Shown here: positions 18,163 through 28,467 of the stretch, piece after piece
How the letters are laid out: each line of letters opens with the position of its first letter
Position numbering within the stretch: position 1 is the stretch's first letter
NCBI GenBank assembly: GCA_965279525.1
Contig: CBDIIB010000004.1
Span: forward strand, 1,184,001-1,248,000
DNA: 64,000 nt
From: Tagaea sp.
GTDB lineage: Bacteria > Pseudomonadota > Alphaproteobacteria > CACIAM-22H2
Direction: 5' to 3'
The notes under the pieces: model-generated
Told to the model about the DNA's origin: nothing
The model's input: only the letters and a program-made list of their open reading frames with translations
Databases searched by the model: none
Translations under genes and position numbers: made by a program

Positions 18163-19830
18163 ATGACGATACGCGCACGACTGATCGCGGCCATGGCACT
18201 GCTCGCACTCGCGATCGCCGCCGCCGCCACGTCCGGCTGGGTTTCCGGGGGAATCGCCGGAGCTGGCATGAAAGCGGTCTACAACGACCGCGTGGTGCCA
18301 CTGCGCGAACTCAAGACCATCGCCGACGCCTATGCGGTCAACATCGTCGACGCGGCGCACAAGGTACGCAACGGCAACTTCGACTGGCCGACCGGCGCCA
18401 CCAGCGTCGACGATGCCCGCAAGATCATCGCGCAGACCTGGCAGGTCTATGCCGCGCGCCCGATGGACGATCGAGAGCGCGAAGTCGGCGTTGCCGCCCG
18501 CCGCATCATGACCGACGCGGACCGGATGGTCGTCTCGCTGGTCGAAGCGCTCAACGCCAAAGATGCCGGAAAACTCGATACGATCGTCAAGCAGCAGCTC
18601 TACGCGACGATCGATCCGGTATCCGAAGCGCTCGAGAAACTCGTGATCCTCCAGCAGGAGGAAGCCAAGGCGCTCTACGAGCGCACGTCGGGCGCGTTTG
18701 ACGTGTCGCGCATCGTCATCCTCGGCGTGGTGGCACTCGCGGCCATTGCCATCGCCTTCTCCCTCCTGACGGTGATCCGGGGTGTCAGCCGGCCGCTGCG
18801 CGCGATGGCCGACGCGATGGCCACGCTCGCGCGCGGGGATCTCGCGATCGAGGTGCCCGCACTTGCCAAGAAGGACGAGATCGGCGAGATGGCGAAATCG
18901 GTCCAGGTCTTCAAGGACAGCATGGTCGAGGCCGAGCGCCTGCGCGCCGACCAGGCCGAAGAGCAGCACCACCAGATCGACCGCGCCAAGCGGATCGAAG
19001 GCAGCGTGGCGCGTTTCGAGGCGGCGATCGGCCAGATCGTCAAGTCGGTCGCGACGGCGTCGTCCGGGCTGCAGACGACGGCGCAGGCGATGGCGGGCAC
19101 GGCCGAGGAGACGACGCGCCAGTCCACCGCCGTCGCGGCCGCCTCCGAGCAGGCGACGCAGAACGTGCAGACCGTCGCTTCGGCGACCGAGGAACTCAGC
19201 GCCTCGATCCGCGAGATCGCGAAGCAGGTCAGCGAGTCGAACCAGATGACGGGCGATGCCGCCGAGCAGGCGCGCGCCAGCAACACGCAGGTCCAGAGCC
19301 TCGATGCTGCCGCCCAGAAGATCGGCGACGTCGTCAAGATCATCAACGACATCGCCAGCCAGACGAACCTGCTGGCGCTCAACGCCACGATCGAGGCCGC
19401 GCGCGCCGGCGAGGCCGGCAAGGGTTTCGCGGTCGTCGCCTCGGAAGTGAAGACGCTGGCCAACCAGACGGCCAAGGCGACCGAGGAGATCGCCGCCCAG
19501 ATCCGCGCGATCCAGGAAGCCACGCAAAGCTCGGTCCAGTCGATCCAGGGCATCACTTCGACGATCGACCGGGTCAACGAGACGGCCGGCGCCATCGCCG
19601 CCGCCGTCGAGGAACAGGGGGCGGCAACGCAGGAGATCGCGCGCAACGTGGCGCAGGCGGCCCAAGGCACGCAGGAAGTGTCGCGCAACATCGCCGGCGT
19701 CAACACCGCCGCCGGACAGACCGGTGCTGCCGCCGGACAGGTGCTGAAATCGTCGGGCGAACTCGGCCTCAACAGCGAGGCGCTGCACCGGGAAGTCGAC
19801 GCGTTCCTGCGCGAGGTCCGCGCCGCCTAG
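18163..19830 (+). CDS. Methyl-accepting chemotaxis protein, copy 2 (tandem paralog, also 555 aa)
   Basis: Colinear with 16327..17994 and carries the same signalling motifs. Confidence 0.95.
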   Translation: MTIRARLIAAMALLALAIAAAATSGWVSGGIAGAGMKAVYNDRVVPLRELKTIADAYAVNIVDAAHKVRNGNFDWPTGATSVDDARKIIAQTWQVYAARPMDDREREVGVAARRIMTDADRMVVSLVEALNAKDAGKLDTIVKQQLYATIDPVSEALEKLVILQQEEAKALYERTSGAFDVSRIVILGVVALAAIAIAFSLLTVIRGVSRPLRAMADAMATLARGDLAIEVPALAKKDEIGEMAKSVQVFKDSMVEAERLRADQAEEQHHQIDRAKRIEGSVARFEAAIGQIVKSVATASSGLQTTAQAMAGTAEETTRQSTAVAAASEQATQNVQTVASATEELSASIREIAKQVSESNQMTGDAAEQARASNTQVQSLDAAAQKIGDVVKIINDIASQTNLLALNATIEAARAGEAGKGFAVVASEVKTLANQTAKATEEIAAQIRAIQEATQSSVQSIQGITSTIDRVNETAGAIAAAVEEQGAATQEIARNVAQAAQGTQEVSRNIAGVNTAAGQTGAAAGQVLKSSGELGLNSEALHREVDAFLREVRAA

Positions 19831-20726
19831 CCCTGACGCTCGAAGCCGCGCGCTTCGGCGACGATCCACCGGCTCAGGGTCTCGACGCCGGGCGCCGGTT
19901 CCTTGGCGCGCACGATGTAATAGGCCGAAGCACTGTCGATCTCGAGGCCGGCGGGCACCACGAGGGCACCCTTGGCCAGTTCCTCGCGCACGAAGCACGT
20001 CGCCACCAGCCCCACGCCGAGACCGGCACAGGCCGATCGCACGATCAGCGACATGTAGCCGTAGCGCACCGTGTGCGCCGGGACCGCCCCGCGCAGCCCG
20101 TGCGCCTCGGTGAATTCGGCCCACAGGCCGGGCATCTGGAAATGCTGCAGCAGCGTGGCGCGCTGCACGTCGCGCGCGGCCGCGATCCCGCCGATGCGCG
20201 CGAGATAGCCGGGCGACGCCACCAGCGCCACGCGCTTTCCCATCAGGTAGTCGACGCGGCTGTCCGCCCAGTCGCCGTTGCCGTAGCGAAGATCGATGTC
20301 GGGCGCTTCGGACGCGTCCTCCGAGATGAAGTTCGTGAACTGCACGTCGGTCTCGGGGTGGCGCTGGGCGAAGGCCGGAAAGCGGTCGAGCAGCCAGCGC
20401 TCGCCCAGGATCGCCTGCATGTGCAGGCGTACGGGCCGGTTGGTCGCCGCACTCTCGCGTACGCGCACCTTCCCGACGGTCATCTGTTCGAGGGCCGCGC
20501 GCGCATAGGGCAGATACACCTCGCCGGCATGCGTCAGCGCCAGCCCCCGGCCGGTGCGCCGGAACAGCGCCATGCCCACGGCCCCTTCCAGCGCCTTCAG
20601 CCGCTTGGAAACCGCACTCTGCGTGAGATTGCTGGCGCGTGCGGCGGCAGCCGTCGAGCCGCGCTCGGCGACGGCGAGCAGCAGTTGCAGCGAAGCGGTG
20701 GTCGGCAGGCGGGTAGCGGGCGGCAT
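19827..20726 (-). CDS. LysR-family transcriptional regulator (GcvA-like)
   Basis: [36 protein letters not shown]; [11 protein letters not shown]; divergent from argH. Confidence 0.9.
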   Translation of the reverse strand: MPPATRLPTTASLQLLLAVAERGSTAAAARASNLTQSAVSKRLKALEGAVGMALFRRTGRGLALTHAGEVYLPYARAALEQMTVGKVRVRESAATNRPVRLHMQAILGERWLLDRFPAFAQRHPETDVQFTNFISEDASEAPDIDLRYGNGDWADSRVDYLMGKRVALVASPGYLARIGGIAAARDVQRATLLQHFQMPGLWAEFTEAHGLRGAVPAHTVRYGYMSLIVRSACAGLGVGLVATCFVREELAKGALVVPAGLEIDSASAYYIVRAKEPAPGVETLSRWIVAEARGFERQG

Positions 20727-20735
20727 CGCGCTACG

Positions 20736-20755
20736 ATAGTCCGATATGGAATATC
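20736..20755. promoter_or_regulatory. Dyad in the LysR/argH divergent promoter (likely LysR site)
   Basis: ATAGTCC-GATAT-GGAATAT imperfect inverted repeat overlapping GATAT-GGA-ATATC. Confidence 0.35.
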
Positions 20756-20834
20756 ATGCGAATTCTTTTCGTTGGCATGGCGCGTGCTGCTTGGCCACGC
20801 TGGGATCGGCACAACGCGCATTCCGGAGGGTGGC

Positions 20835-22253
20835 TTGGAAGAACGAAGCGGCACGCTGTGGGGAGGCCGGTTCCGCAAGGCGCCGGACGCGCGCCTGATG
20901 CGGCTCTCGCGCAGCGACCCTTCGCATGTGCGTCTCGTTCCCTACGACATCGCCGGCAGCCGCGCGCACGCGCGCGAACTGGGCCGCTCGGGCATCCTCG
21001 CACCGGCGGAACTCGCGACGATCCTGATCGCCCTCGACACGCTGGAAGCCGACGTCGCTTCCGGCCGCACGCAATTCGGCGCCGGCGACGAGGACATCCA
21101 CACGTTCCTCGAACGCGAACTGATCCAGCGCCTTGGCACGCTCGGCGGCAAGTTGCGCGCGGGCCGTTCGCGCAACGACCAGGCGGCAAACGACCTCAAG
21201 CTCTATCTGCGCGCGGTGGCCATCGACATCGCCGGCGACCTGCGCGAACTCGAAACCGCCCTGATCGCGCAGGCCGAAACGCACGCAGACCTGCCGGCCC
21301 CCGGCTTCACGCATCTGCAGCCCGCCCAGCCCGTCACGTTCGGCCATCACCTGCTCGCACATGCGCAGGCGCTGTCGCGCGATCTGGGCCGGATCGCCGA
21401 CTGGCGCGAGCGCGCCTCGCTGTCCCCGCTCGGCTCGGCCGCCCTCGCGGGTTCGGCTCTCGCCAGGCGGCCCGACCTGTCGGCGCTCGAACTGGGATAT
21501 TCGGGGGCGTGCGAGAATTCGATCGACGCGGTGGGGGCACGCGACCATGTCGCGGAGTTCCTGTTCGTCGCGGCGATGATCGCGGTCGACGTGTCGCGTC
21601 TGGCCGAGGAAGTGACGATCTGGTCGACGCGCCAGTTCGGCTGGATCGAACTCGACGACGCGTTCTCGACCGGCTCGTCGATCATGCCGCAGAAGAAGAA
21701 CCCCGACATCGCCGAACTGTCGCGCGGGCGGGCTGCCCGTCTTACCGGCGATCTCGCCGCGATGCTGGGCGCACTCAAGGGCCTGCCGCTCGCGTACAAC
21801 CGCGATCTTGCCGAAGACAAGCGCGCCGCGTTCGACGCAGTCGACGTGCTGGGCCAGGTGCTGCCCGCGATGGCCGGCCTGATCGCCACGATGCGCGTGC
21901 GTACCGAGCGCGTCGCGAAGGATGCCGGCGAAGGGTTCACGCTGGCGACGGAAATCGCCGATTTCCTTGCCCGCAACGGCGTGCCGTTCAGCGAGGCGCA
22001 CGAGGTGGCCGGTGCCGCGGTGCGGCTGGCCGAGGACAAGGGCGTGTCGTTGGGCGAGCTTGCGGCCGGCGATCTTGCCAAACTCGACGCGCGCCTGACC
22101 GCCGACCTGTTGCCGATGCTCGACGTCAAGGTCGCCATCGCCAGCCGCGACGTGTTCGGCGGCACGGCCCCCGGCCGCGTGCGCGAGCAGATCGGCCGGC
22201 TGCGCGAAACGCTCGCCCGGCTCGCCAACCGCCTGCCAGCGCCCGCCGCATGA
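20835..22253 (+). CDS. argH: Argininosuccinate lyase family C-N lyase
   Basis: [51 protein letters not shown]; TTG start after GGAGG. Confidence 0.85.
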   Translation: MEERSGTLWGGRFRKAPDARLMRLSRSDPSHVRLVPYDIAGSRAHARELGRSGILAPAELATILIALDTLEADVASGRTQFGAGDEDIHTFLERELIQRLGTLGGKLRAGRSRNDQAANDLKLYLRAVAIDIAGDLRELETALIAQAETHADLPAPGFTHLQPAQPVTFGHHLLAHAQALSRDLGRIADWRERASLSPLGSAALAGSALARRPDLSALELGYSGACENSIDAVGARDHVAEFLFVAAMIAVDVSRLAEEVTIWSTRQFGWIELDDAFSTGSSIMPQKKNPDIAELSRGRAARLTGDLAAMLGALKGLPLAYNRDLAEDKRAAFDAVDVLGQVLPAMAGLIATMRVRTERVAKDAGEGFTLATEIADFLARNGVPFSEAHEVAGAAVRLAEDKGVSLGELAAGDLAKLDARLTADLLPMLDVKVAIASRDVFGGTAPGRVREQIGRLRETLARLANRLPAPAA

Positions 22254-23131
22254 CCCGCGAGCCGGCCGAATTCGCCCTCGGGAGCGGGTTGCGCATCGTG
22301 CGCCGGCCGCGCTGGGGGCGCTGGCTGGCCGCCACGCTGCTTGTCGCCATCCTCGTCTGGATCGGCTGGTCCTTTGCACATGGCCAGATCCACTGGCCGA
22401 CGGTGGGCCGCTTTTTCACGGCACCCGCGATCCTCAGCGGCCTTGCGAACACGATCCTGATGGCGTTTTGCGCAATGATCGTGGGCGTGGTGCTCGGCAC
22501 CGTGTTCGCGGTCATGTATCTCTCGCCCAATCCGGTCATGCAGGGCACCGCGCTTTTCTACATCTGGTTCTTCCGCGGCACGCCGCTGCTGCTCCAGCTG
22601 CTGATCTGGTTCAACCTCGCCCTCGTCTTCCCCACGCTTGGCATTCCGGGCCTGTTCGAGTTCCGCACCGTCGACATCATCACGCCGTTCGTCGCCACGC
22701 TGCTGGGCCTCGGCATGAACCAGGGTGCCTACACGGCCGAAGTCGTGCGCGCCGGCATCCTGTCGGTCGACCGTGGCCAGGTGGAAGCGGCACAATCCAT
22801 CGGCATGACGCGCATCACCGCGCTGCGCCGAATCGTGCTGCCGCAGGCCATGCGCGTCATCATCCCGCCGGTGGGCAACGAAGCCGTGTCGATGGTCAAG
22901 CTCACCTCCGTCGCCAGCGTCATCCAGTACGCAGAGATCCTGCGCAACGCGCAGACGATCTACTACGCCAACGCGCGCACGATCGAGCTGCTGATCGTCG
23001 CGGCGATCTGGTATCTCGCCGTCGTCACGGTGCTGCAGGTCGGCCAGCATTTCCTCGAGAAGCATTTCTCCCGCGGGCACGGCGTGCGGCGCGCGGCCAA
23101 GGTCGTCGCCCCGGCCGGAGACGTGCGATGA
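22250..23131 (+). CDS. Polar amino acid ABC transporter permease
   Basis: [33 protein letters not shown] (EAA loop), [11 protein letters not shown]; ATGA overlap with argH. Confidence 0.92.
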   Translation: MTREPAEFALGSGLRIVRRPRWGRWLAATLLVAILVWIGWSFAHGQIHWPTVGRFFTAPAILSGLANTILMAFCAMIVGVVLGTVFAVMYLSPNPVMQGTALFYIWFFRGTPLLLQLLIWFNLALVFPTLGIPGLFEFRTVDIITPFVATLLGLGMNQGAYTAEVVRAGILSVDRGQVEAAQSIGMTRITALRRIVLPQAMRVIIPPVGNEAVSMVKLTSVASVIQYAEILRNAQTIYYANARTIELLIVAAIWYLAVVTVLQVGQHFLEKHFSRGHGVRRAAKVVAPAGDVR

Positions 23132-23901
23132 GTGCCATCCTGCCCATGCTCGTCGCGCGCGACGTGCGCAAGACCTTCGGCTCGCTCGCCGCCGTCGACG
23201 GCATCTCGCTCGACGTCGTGCCCGGCGAGGTCGTCTGCGCGATCGGTCCGTCGGGCTCGGGCAAGTCGACCTTCCTGCGCTGCATCAACCAGCTCGAACG
23301 CATCGACGGCGGGGCGATCTGGGTCGACGGCGAGCTTGCCGGCTTCCGGCGCCAGGGCGACGCCCTTCACGAGCTTTCGGATTCCGAGATCGCGCGCCAG
23401 CGGCTTGCCTGCGGCATGGTCTTCCAGCGCTTCAACCTGTTCCAGCACCTGACGGCCGTGCAGAACGTGACCGAGGGGCCCGTGACCGTCCTGAAGCGCG
23501 ACCGGCGCGAGGCGACCGCCGAAGCGCAAGCGCTGCTCGAGCGCGTGGGTCTTGCCGACAAGCGGGATGCCTATCCTTCGGAGCTTTCCGGCGGCCAGCA
23601 GCAGCGCGTGGCGATCGCCCGCGCGCTCGCCATGAAGCCCAAGCTGATGCTGTTCGACGAACCGACTTCCGCCCTCGATCCCGAACTGGTCGGCGAGGTG
23701 CTGGCCGTGATGCGCGACCTTGCCAAGGGCGGGATGACGATGATCGTCGTCACGCACGAGCTGGGCTTCGCGCGCGAAGTCGCCGGCCGCGTGGCCTTCC
23801 TCGACAAGGGCCGGCTGGTCGAGCTCGGTACTGCCGAAGAAGTGCTGGTCAACCCGTCCCACCCCCGAACCCGCGATTTCGTCGCCGCCGTCTTGCGCTA
23901 G
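23128..23901 (+). CDS. Polar amino acid ABC transporter ATP-binding protein
   Basis: [41 protein letters not shown]. Confidence 0.95.
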   Translation: MSAILPMLVARDVRKTFGSLAAVDGISLDVVPGEVVCAIGPSGSGKSTFLRCINQLERIDGGAIWVDGELAGFRRQGDALHELSDSEIARQRLACGMVFQRFNLFQHLTAVQNVTEGPVTVLKRDRREATAEAQALLERVGLADKRDAYPSELSGGQQQRVAIARALAMKPKLMLFDEPTSALDPELVGEVLAVMRDLAKGGMTMIVVTHELGFAREVAGRVAFLDKGRLVELGTAEEVLVNPSHPRTRDFVAAVLR

Positions 23902-23916
23902 GCCGTCTTGCGCTAG
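23887..23916 (+). repeat. Perfect 15-bp tandem duplication GCCGTCTTGCGCTAG x2 spanning the stop codon
   Basis: Copies at 23887-23901 and 23902-23916. Confidence 0.9.
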
Positions 23917-23943
23917 AATGCCGGCATAAACAGGAGGTATCCC

Positions 23944-24777
23944 ATGCGCCGTTTCCTCGCCCTCGCCATCGCCGCCGGCCTTGCCGCAACGGCCCCGGCC
24001 CTTGCCCAGGACGTGCCCGCGCGCGTCAAGCAGGCCGGCAAGATCGTCATCGCGACGATGCCGAACTACGCGCCGATCACCTACAAGGACCCGGCGACCA
24101 ACAAGCTGATGGGCTTCGACATCGATCTCGGCGAGGCGGTCGCCAAGGAACTGGGGCTCGCCGTCGAGTGGCAGGAGATCGCCTTCGCGCAGATGCTGCC
24201 TTCGCTGCAGACCGGTCGCGTCGACACGGTGCTCGCGGGCATGAGCGACCTGCCGGCACGCCGGGAAACGGTCGACTTCGTCGACTACCTGAAGTCGGGC
24301 GCGCAGTTCTTCACGCTCGCCTCGCTGTCCGGCTCGATCAAGGGGCCGGACGATTTGTGCGGCAAGGCCGTGGGGGCGAGCCGCTCGACCAACTGGCCCA
24401 AGCAGATAGGCGAATGGAGCGATGCCAACTGCGTGGCCAAGGGCAAGCCGCCGATCAACGTCGTGGGCACCGAAGGCTCGGTCGACGCGCGCACGCAGCT
24501 CAAGACCCAGCGCATCCAGGCGGCCGTGCAGGGCAACGAGACGCTGCCTTATTTCCAGCAGCTCGAGCCCAACACCTACACGATCCTCGGCACCGCCTTC
24601 ACCGAATCGCTGTCGGGCATGCCCTTCGCGAAGACGGCCGAAGGCGCCCAGCTGCGCGCGGCGGTCAAGGCCGCCATCGAGCGGCTGATCGCCAAGGGCG
24701 ATTACGCGAAGATCGCGGCAGCGCACGGGCTGCAGGCGAACAACATCGGCAAGGTCACCGAGAACGAAGGCAAGTAG
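23944..24777 (+). CDS. Polar amino acid ABC transporter substrate-binding protein (family 3)
   Basis: Signal peptide; GFDIDLG..AKELG, FAQMLPSLQTGRVD, FVDY; AGGAGG RBS. Confidence 0.9.
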   Translation: MRRFLALAIAAGLAATAPALAQDVPARVKQAGKIVIATMPNYAPITYKDPATNKLMGFDIDLGEAVAKELGLAVEWQEIAFAQMLPSLQTGRVDTVLAGMSDLPARRETVDFVDYLKSGAQFFTLASLSGSIKGPDDLCGKAVGASRSTNWPKQIGEWSDANCVAKGKPPINVVGTEGSVDARTQLKTQRIQAAVQGNETLPYFQQLEPNTYTILGTAFTESLSGMPFAKTAEGAQLRAAVKAAIERLIAKGDYAKIAAAHGLQANNIGKVTENEGK

Positions 24778-24803
24778 GTACAGGCCCAGACAGGGAAAGC
24801 CCC

Positions 24804-25853
24804 ATGGACAAGGACAAGCTCACCGCCCTTCGCGCCCGCTACGGCGACGCGCAGGGCGGCGACATCCATGATCCGCACTTCGCGAAGGTCGCGTCGGCCG
24901 TCTTCACGTCGCCCGACCGGCGCAAGTGGCCGTTCGCCGATCCGGCGACCTTTCTGGGTGCGACGTTCCGTCCGATCCAGTCGGACGCCGATCTCGCCGG
25001 GCTCGACGCGGCCCTGGTCGGCGTGCCGATGGATCTGGGCGTGACGAACCGGGCGGGTGCACGGCTGGGGCCGCGTGCCGTGCGCGCGGTCGAGCGCATC
25101 GGCCCCTACGAGCACGTGCTGCGGCGCACGCCGCTCACCGAACTGAAGGTCGCCGACATCGGCGACGTGCCGATGCGCAGCCGCTTCTCGCTTGCCGACT
25201 GCCATGCCGACATCGAGGCGTTCTACACGCGCCTCGCCGCCGCCGGGATCGTGCCGCTGTCGGTCGGCGGCGACCATTCGATCACGTGGCCGATCCTGAA
25301 GGCGCTGGGGCGCGAGCGGCCGGTCGCGATGGTGCATTTCGACGCGCACTGCGACACCAGCGGCCCCTACGAAGGCGCCAAGTTCCACCACGGCGCCCCG
25401 TTCCGCATGGCCGTCCTCGACGGCGTGCTCGACCCCGAGCGCACGATCCAGATCGGCATCCGCGGCGGGGCCGAGTATCTGTGGGAGTTCTCCTACGACA
25501 GCGGAATGACCGTGATCCATGCCGAGGAGATCGATCCGATGGGCGTGGACGCCATCATCGCCAAGGCCCGCGCGGTCGTCGGAGACGCGCCCGTCTATGT
25601 CACGTTCGACGTCGACGGGCTCGACCCGTCGTTTGCGCCGGGCACCGGCACGCCGGAATCCGGCGGTCTCACGATGCGCGAGGCCCTGGCCATCGTGCGC
25701 GGGCTTGCCGGGCTCGACGTGATCGGCGCCGACGTCGTGGAAGTGGCTCCCCAGTACGATGCCACGACCGTGACGGCCCAGAACGCGGCGCAGATCCTGT
25801 TCGCCGAGTTGAGCCTCGTGTCGATTGCGCGCGAAAAGCGCAAGGCGCCCTGA
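24804..25853 (+). CDS. Ureohydrolase (agmatinase/guanidinobutyrase family)
   Basis: GVPMD.G..RAGARLGP, GGDHSIT, HFDAHCD, DVDGLDPSFAPGTGTPESGG, DVVEVAP. Confidence 0.9.
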   Translation: MDKDKLTALRARYGDAQGGDIHDPHFAKVASAVFTSPDRRKWPFADPATFLGATFRPIQSDADLAGLDAALVGVPMDLGVTNRAGARLGPRAVRAVERIGPYEHVLRRTPLTELKVADIGDVPMRSRFSLADCHADIEAFYTRLAAAGIVPLSVGGDHSITWPILKALGRERPVAMVHFDAHCDTSGPYEGAKFHHGAPFRMAVLDGVLDPERTIQIGIRGGAEYLWEFSYDSGMTVIHAEEIDPMGVDAIIAKARAVVGDAPVYVTFDVDGLDPSFAPGTGTPESGGLTMREALAIVRGLAGLDVIGADVVEVAPQYDATTVTAQNAAQILFAELSLVSIAREKRKAP

Positions 25854-25871
25854 AAAGCTGGTGCGGCGGAC

Positions 25872-25897
25872 GTAACCTCGGCGTGCGCGGCACCGAA
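25872..25897 (+). promoter_or_regulatory. ECF16 (Caulobacter sigmaF-type) promoter GTAACC-N16-CGAA
   Basis: GTAACC at 25872-25877, exactly 16 nt, then CGAA at 25894-25897, upstream of a DoxX-like gene. Confidence 0.6.
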
Positions 25898-25950
25898 CGG
25901 TCTGGACGAGCGCGCCCCTGCCCGGGCGCCCAGACCCGAAGGTCCGTCCG

Positions 25951-26427
25951 ATGGAATCGCTCCGAATTGCCGCCCGGCACCTGCTCCCGTGGGCTCTGGC
26001 CCTGTGGATCGCCTACATTTTCATCTGGTACCTCCAGTACAAATTCCTCGGCCACGAGGGCAGCGTGTGGCTGTTCACGGTCCTGACCGACTGGCTGGGC
26101 TTCCCGGGATACGAGAAGGCCATGCGCATCGGCGTCGGCTCGGCCGAACTGGCGGCGGGCCTGCTGTGCCTCTACCGGCCCACGCAGTCGATCGGCGGCG
26201 CCATTGCCGCCGGCATCATGACCGGGGCGATCTTCTTCCATTTCGTCTCGCCCCTCGGCATCGATCCCTACGAAGATGGCGGCGTGCTGTTCAAGGAAGC
26301 GGTCAGCGTGTGGCTCGCCGGCCTCGTCCTGCTTTTCATCCGCCGGGACGAGGCATTGCGGTTCGCAAGGCGGCTTCCCTATGTCGGCCGCTACGCGGAC
26401 GACCTGCTGGCGGGTGCGCGCACGTGA
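25951..26427 (+). CDS. DoxX-like small membrane protein
   Basis: Four hydrophobic segments; YKF.G..SV.LF, IGVG.AEL.AG, MTGAIFFH..SPLGI...DGG.LF. Confidence 0.7.
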   Translation: MESLRIAARHLLPWALALWIAYIFIWYLQYKFLGHEGSVWLFTVLTDWLGFPGYEKAMRIGVGSAELAAGLLCLYRPTQSIGGAIAAGIMTGAIFFHFVSPLGIDPYEDGGVLFKEAVSVWLAGLVLLFIRRDEALRFARRLPYVGRYADDLLAGART

Positions 26428-27611
26428 CGACGGCACCCGCGAAGAAGCCGCGCGACGTCCGGCTCGATTTCTTCCGTGGCCTGTCGCTGGTCGCGATCTT
26501 CACGGCCCACGTCCCCGGCGACTGGCTGGCCGAGATCATCTGGGCGCGCTTCGGACTGTCGGACGCCGCCCACGTCTTCGTCTTCATTTCCGGCTACGCC
26601 GCGGCGATGGCCTTCGGCGGCACGTTCCTGCGCCAGGGTTTCGTTGTGGGAACGGCGCGCATCGCGTGGCGCTGCGCGCAGCTCTATTCGGTGCATCTGG
26701 CGCTTTTCGTGCTGGGTGCGGCGATCTGCGCGTGGGCGGCGACGCGCGGGATCGACTATGCCGCCTATCTGGGGATCGCCGATTTCTTCGCCGATCCGGG
26801 GGCGGCACTGATCGGCCTGTTCACGCTGCGCTTCGTGCCCACCTATTTCGACATCCTGCCGCTCTACATGGTGGTGCTCGCGTTCGTGCCGCTGGTGCTG
26901 CTGCTCGCGCGCGTGCATCCGGGGCTGGTGATCGTGCTGTCGGTCGGCCTGTGGTCGTTCGTGCAGGCGACGGGGTTCAATCTCGACGCCGGAACGTCGG
27001 CCGGCCGCGGCTGGGGATTCAACCCGCTTGCCTGGCAGCTCCTGTTCTTCACCGGTTTCGCGCTGTCGCGCGGCTGGGTCGAGGCGCCGAAATTCCACCC
27101 CCTGCTGCTGGCCGCCTGCATCGCCTATCTGGTCTTCGGGCTCGTCGCGATCCATCCGGCCGTCTACGAACTGCATCCCGCCCTCGTGGCACTCAACGAC
27201 TGGGCCTACAGCCACGCGCACAAGCCCAATCTCGACCTGCGCCAGTACGCACATTTCCTCGCACTTGCCTATGTCGTGCTGTGGGCGATCGACGGGCGGC
27301 GCGAACTGCTGACGGCGCGCTTCGCCTGGCCGTTCGTCGTGCTGGGCCGGCAGGCGCTGCCGGTCTTCTTCTCGGGCATGGCGCTGGCACATGTCGCGGG
27401 CATCGTGCTGGCGTTCGGCGGTACTGGCTTCGCGCTCCAGGTGCTGGTGAATGTCGCCGGGATCGGCGGGCTCTACGCGATCGCGCGTGCGTCCGCGTGG
27501 GTCAAGGTCGCCCCGTGGAAGGCGCCGGCACGCACGCCGGTCGCAGTACCGGCACCGGCTGGCGCCGCACCGGCCTATGTCGAGCCGGCCGTGGTGCAGA
27601 CGGCCGCCTAG
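26424..27611 (+). CDS. opgC: OpgC-domain acyltransferase (periplasmic glucan succinylation family)
   Basis: RDVRLDFFRG, FGLSDAA..FVFISGY, FDILPLY, WGFNPLAWQLLF, LGRQALPVF; GTGA overlap with the upstream gene. Confidence 0.85.
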   Translation: MTTAPAKKPRDVRLDFFRGLSLVAIFTAHVPGDWLAEIIWARFGLSDAAHVFVFISGYAAAMAFGGTFLRQGFVVGTARIAWRCAQLYSVHLALFVLGAAICAWAATRGIDYAAYLGIADFFADPGAALIGLFTLRFVPTYFDILPLYMVVLAFVPLVLLLARVHPGLVIVLSVGLWSFVQATGFNLDAGTSAGRGWGFNPLAWQLLFFTGFALSRGWVEAPKFHPLLLAACIAYLVFGLVAIHPAVYELHPALVALNDWAYSHAHKPNLDLRQYAHFLALAYVVLWAIDGRRELLTARFAWPFVVLGRQALPVFFSGMALAHVAGIVLAFGGTGFALQVLVNVAGIGGLYAIARASAWVKVAPWKAPARTPVAVPAPAGAAPAYVEPAVVQTAA

Positions 27612-27618
27612 GCACGGT

Positions 27619-28467
27619 TCACCTGGCGCGCAGGTGCCGGGCGAGGAAGACAAGCACCTCGGGCAGGGCCGTTTCCCAGGTTCCCCAGTCGTGATCGCCG
27701 TCGGCCGTCGTGGCCGTCACGTTATGGCCGAGCTGGCGCAAGGCCGTCTCGACTGCCGCCTGCTCTTCGGCCAGCCCGAAACGGTCCCCCCGGCCGACCG
27801 TCAGGAACACCGGCGGGCGCAGCGGCGACGCGGCCGCGCGCGCGGCCAGCGCCATCGGGCTCTGCGCCAGGAACCGCGGTACGTCGAACGGCGTGCCGAA
27901 CGCACCTGAAAAGACGCGCGCGAGCCGCGCCTCCATTTCGGCGTCGATCGCCATGCCCGGCCTGATGCGCGTCCAGTAGGCCCCGCTCATCGAGGCGGCC
28001 GCGACGTAGCGCTCCGGATGGCCAAAGGCGAAGCGCAAGGCCCCGAACCCGCCCATCGAGTTGCCCGCGAGTGCGCGTCCCGTCCGGTCGGCGCGCGTGC
28101 CGTAGGTCTTCTCGATGGCGGCGGGCAGCTCTTCCACGAGCGCCGTCTCGATCGCACCGGCCGCGTACCAGGAATTTCCGGCCGCCGGCAGCACGACGAG
28201 CAGCGGTGCGATGCGGCCCTCGGCGATCAGCCGGTCGGCCGTCGCCTTGACCATGCCCATGCGCAGCCATTCGTCGGGGTCGCTGGCGCGCCCGTGCAGC
28301 AGATAGACGACCGGCAGGCCGCGCGTCGGACCGTCGGGGCGATAGACGGCGTACTCGAGCGGGCGGCCAAGCGCCCGGCTTTCCAGCCGGCCGGGCACGA
28401 TCTCGCCCGCATGCGCCGGAACGGCCAGGATCGACAGCGCCAGCAGTGCCGCGGCGTGCCTAGTCAT
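27619..28467 (-). CDS. Exported esterase (Fes/antigen-85-like alpha/beta hydrolase)
   Basis: Signal ending AHA; PVVYLLHG, GNSMGG nucleophile, G..D, GDHDW; start overlaps the pobA stop. Confidence 0.8.
   Translation of the reverse strand: MTRHAAALLALSILAVPAHAGEIVPGRLESRALGRPLEYAVYRPDGPTRGLPVVYLLHGRASDPDEWLRMGMVKATADRLIAEGRIAPLLVVLPAAGNSWYAAGAIETALVEELPAAIEKTYGTRADRTGRALAGNSMGGFGALRFAFGHPERYVAAASMSGAYWTRIRPGMAIDAEMEARLARVFSGAFGTPFDVPRFLAQSPMALAARAAASPLRPPVFLTVGRGDRFGLAEEQAAVETALRQLGHNVTATTADGDHDWGTWETALPEVLVFLARHLRAR

Noticed and set aside
20773-20788. Sigma54 -24/-12 motif TGGCAT-N5-GTGCT before argH
   Set aside because: It is an imperfect match in GC-rich DNA, and the adjacent regulator is a LysR protein rather than an enhancer-binding protein
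20756-23131. 791-aa ORF suggesting a long N-terminal fusion on the ABC permease
   Set aside because: The upstream part is an off-frame shadow of argH; the permease starts at the ATGA overlap at 22250
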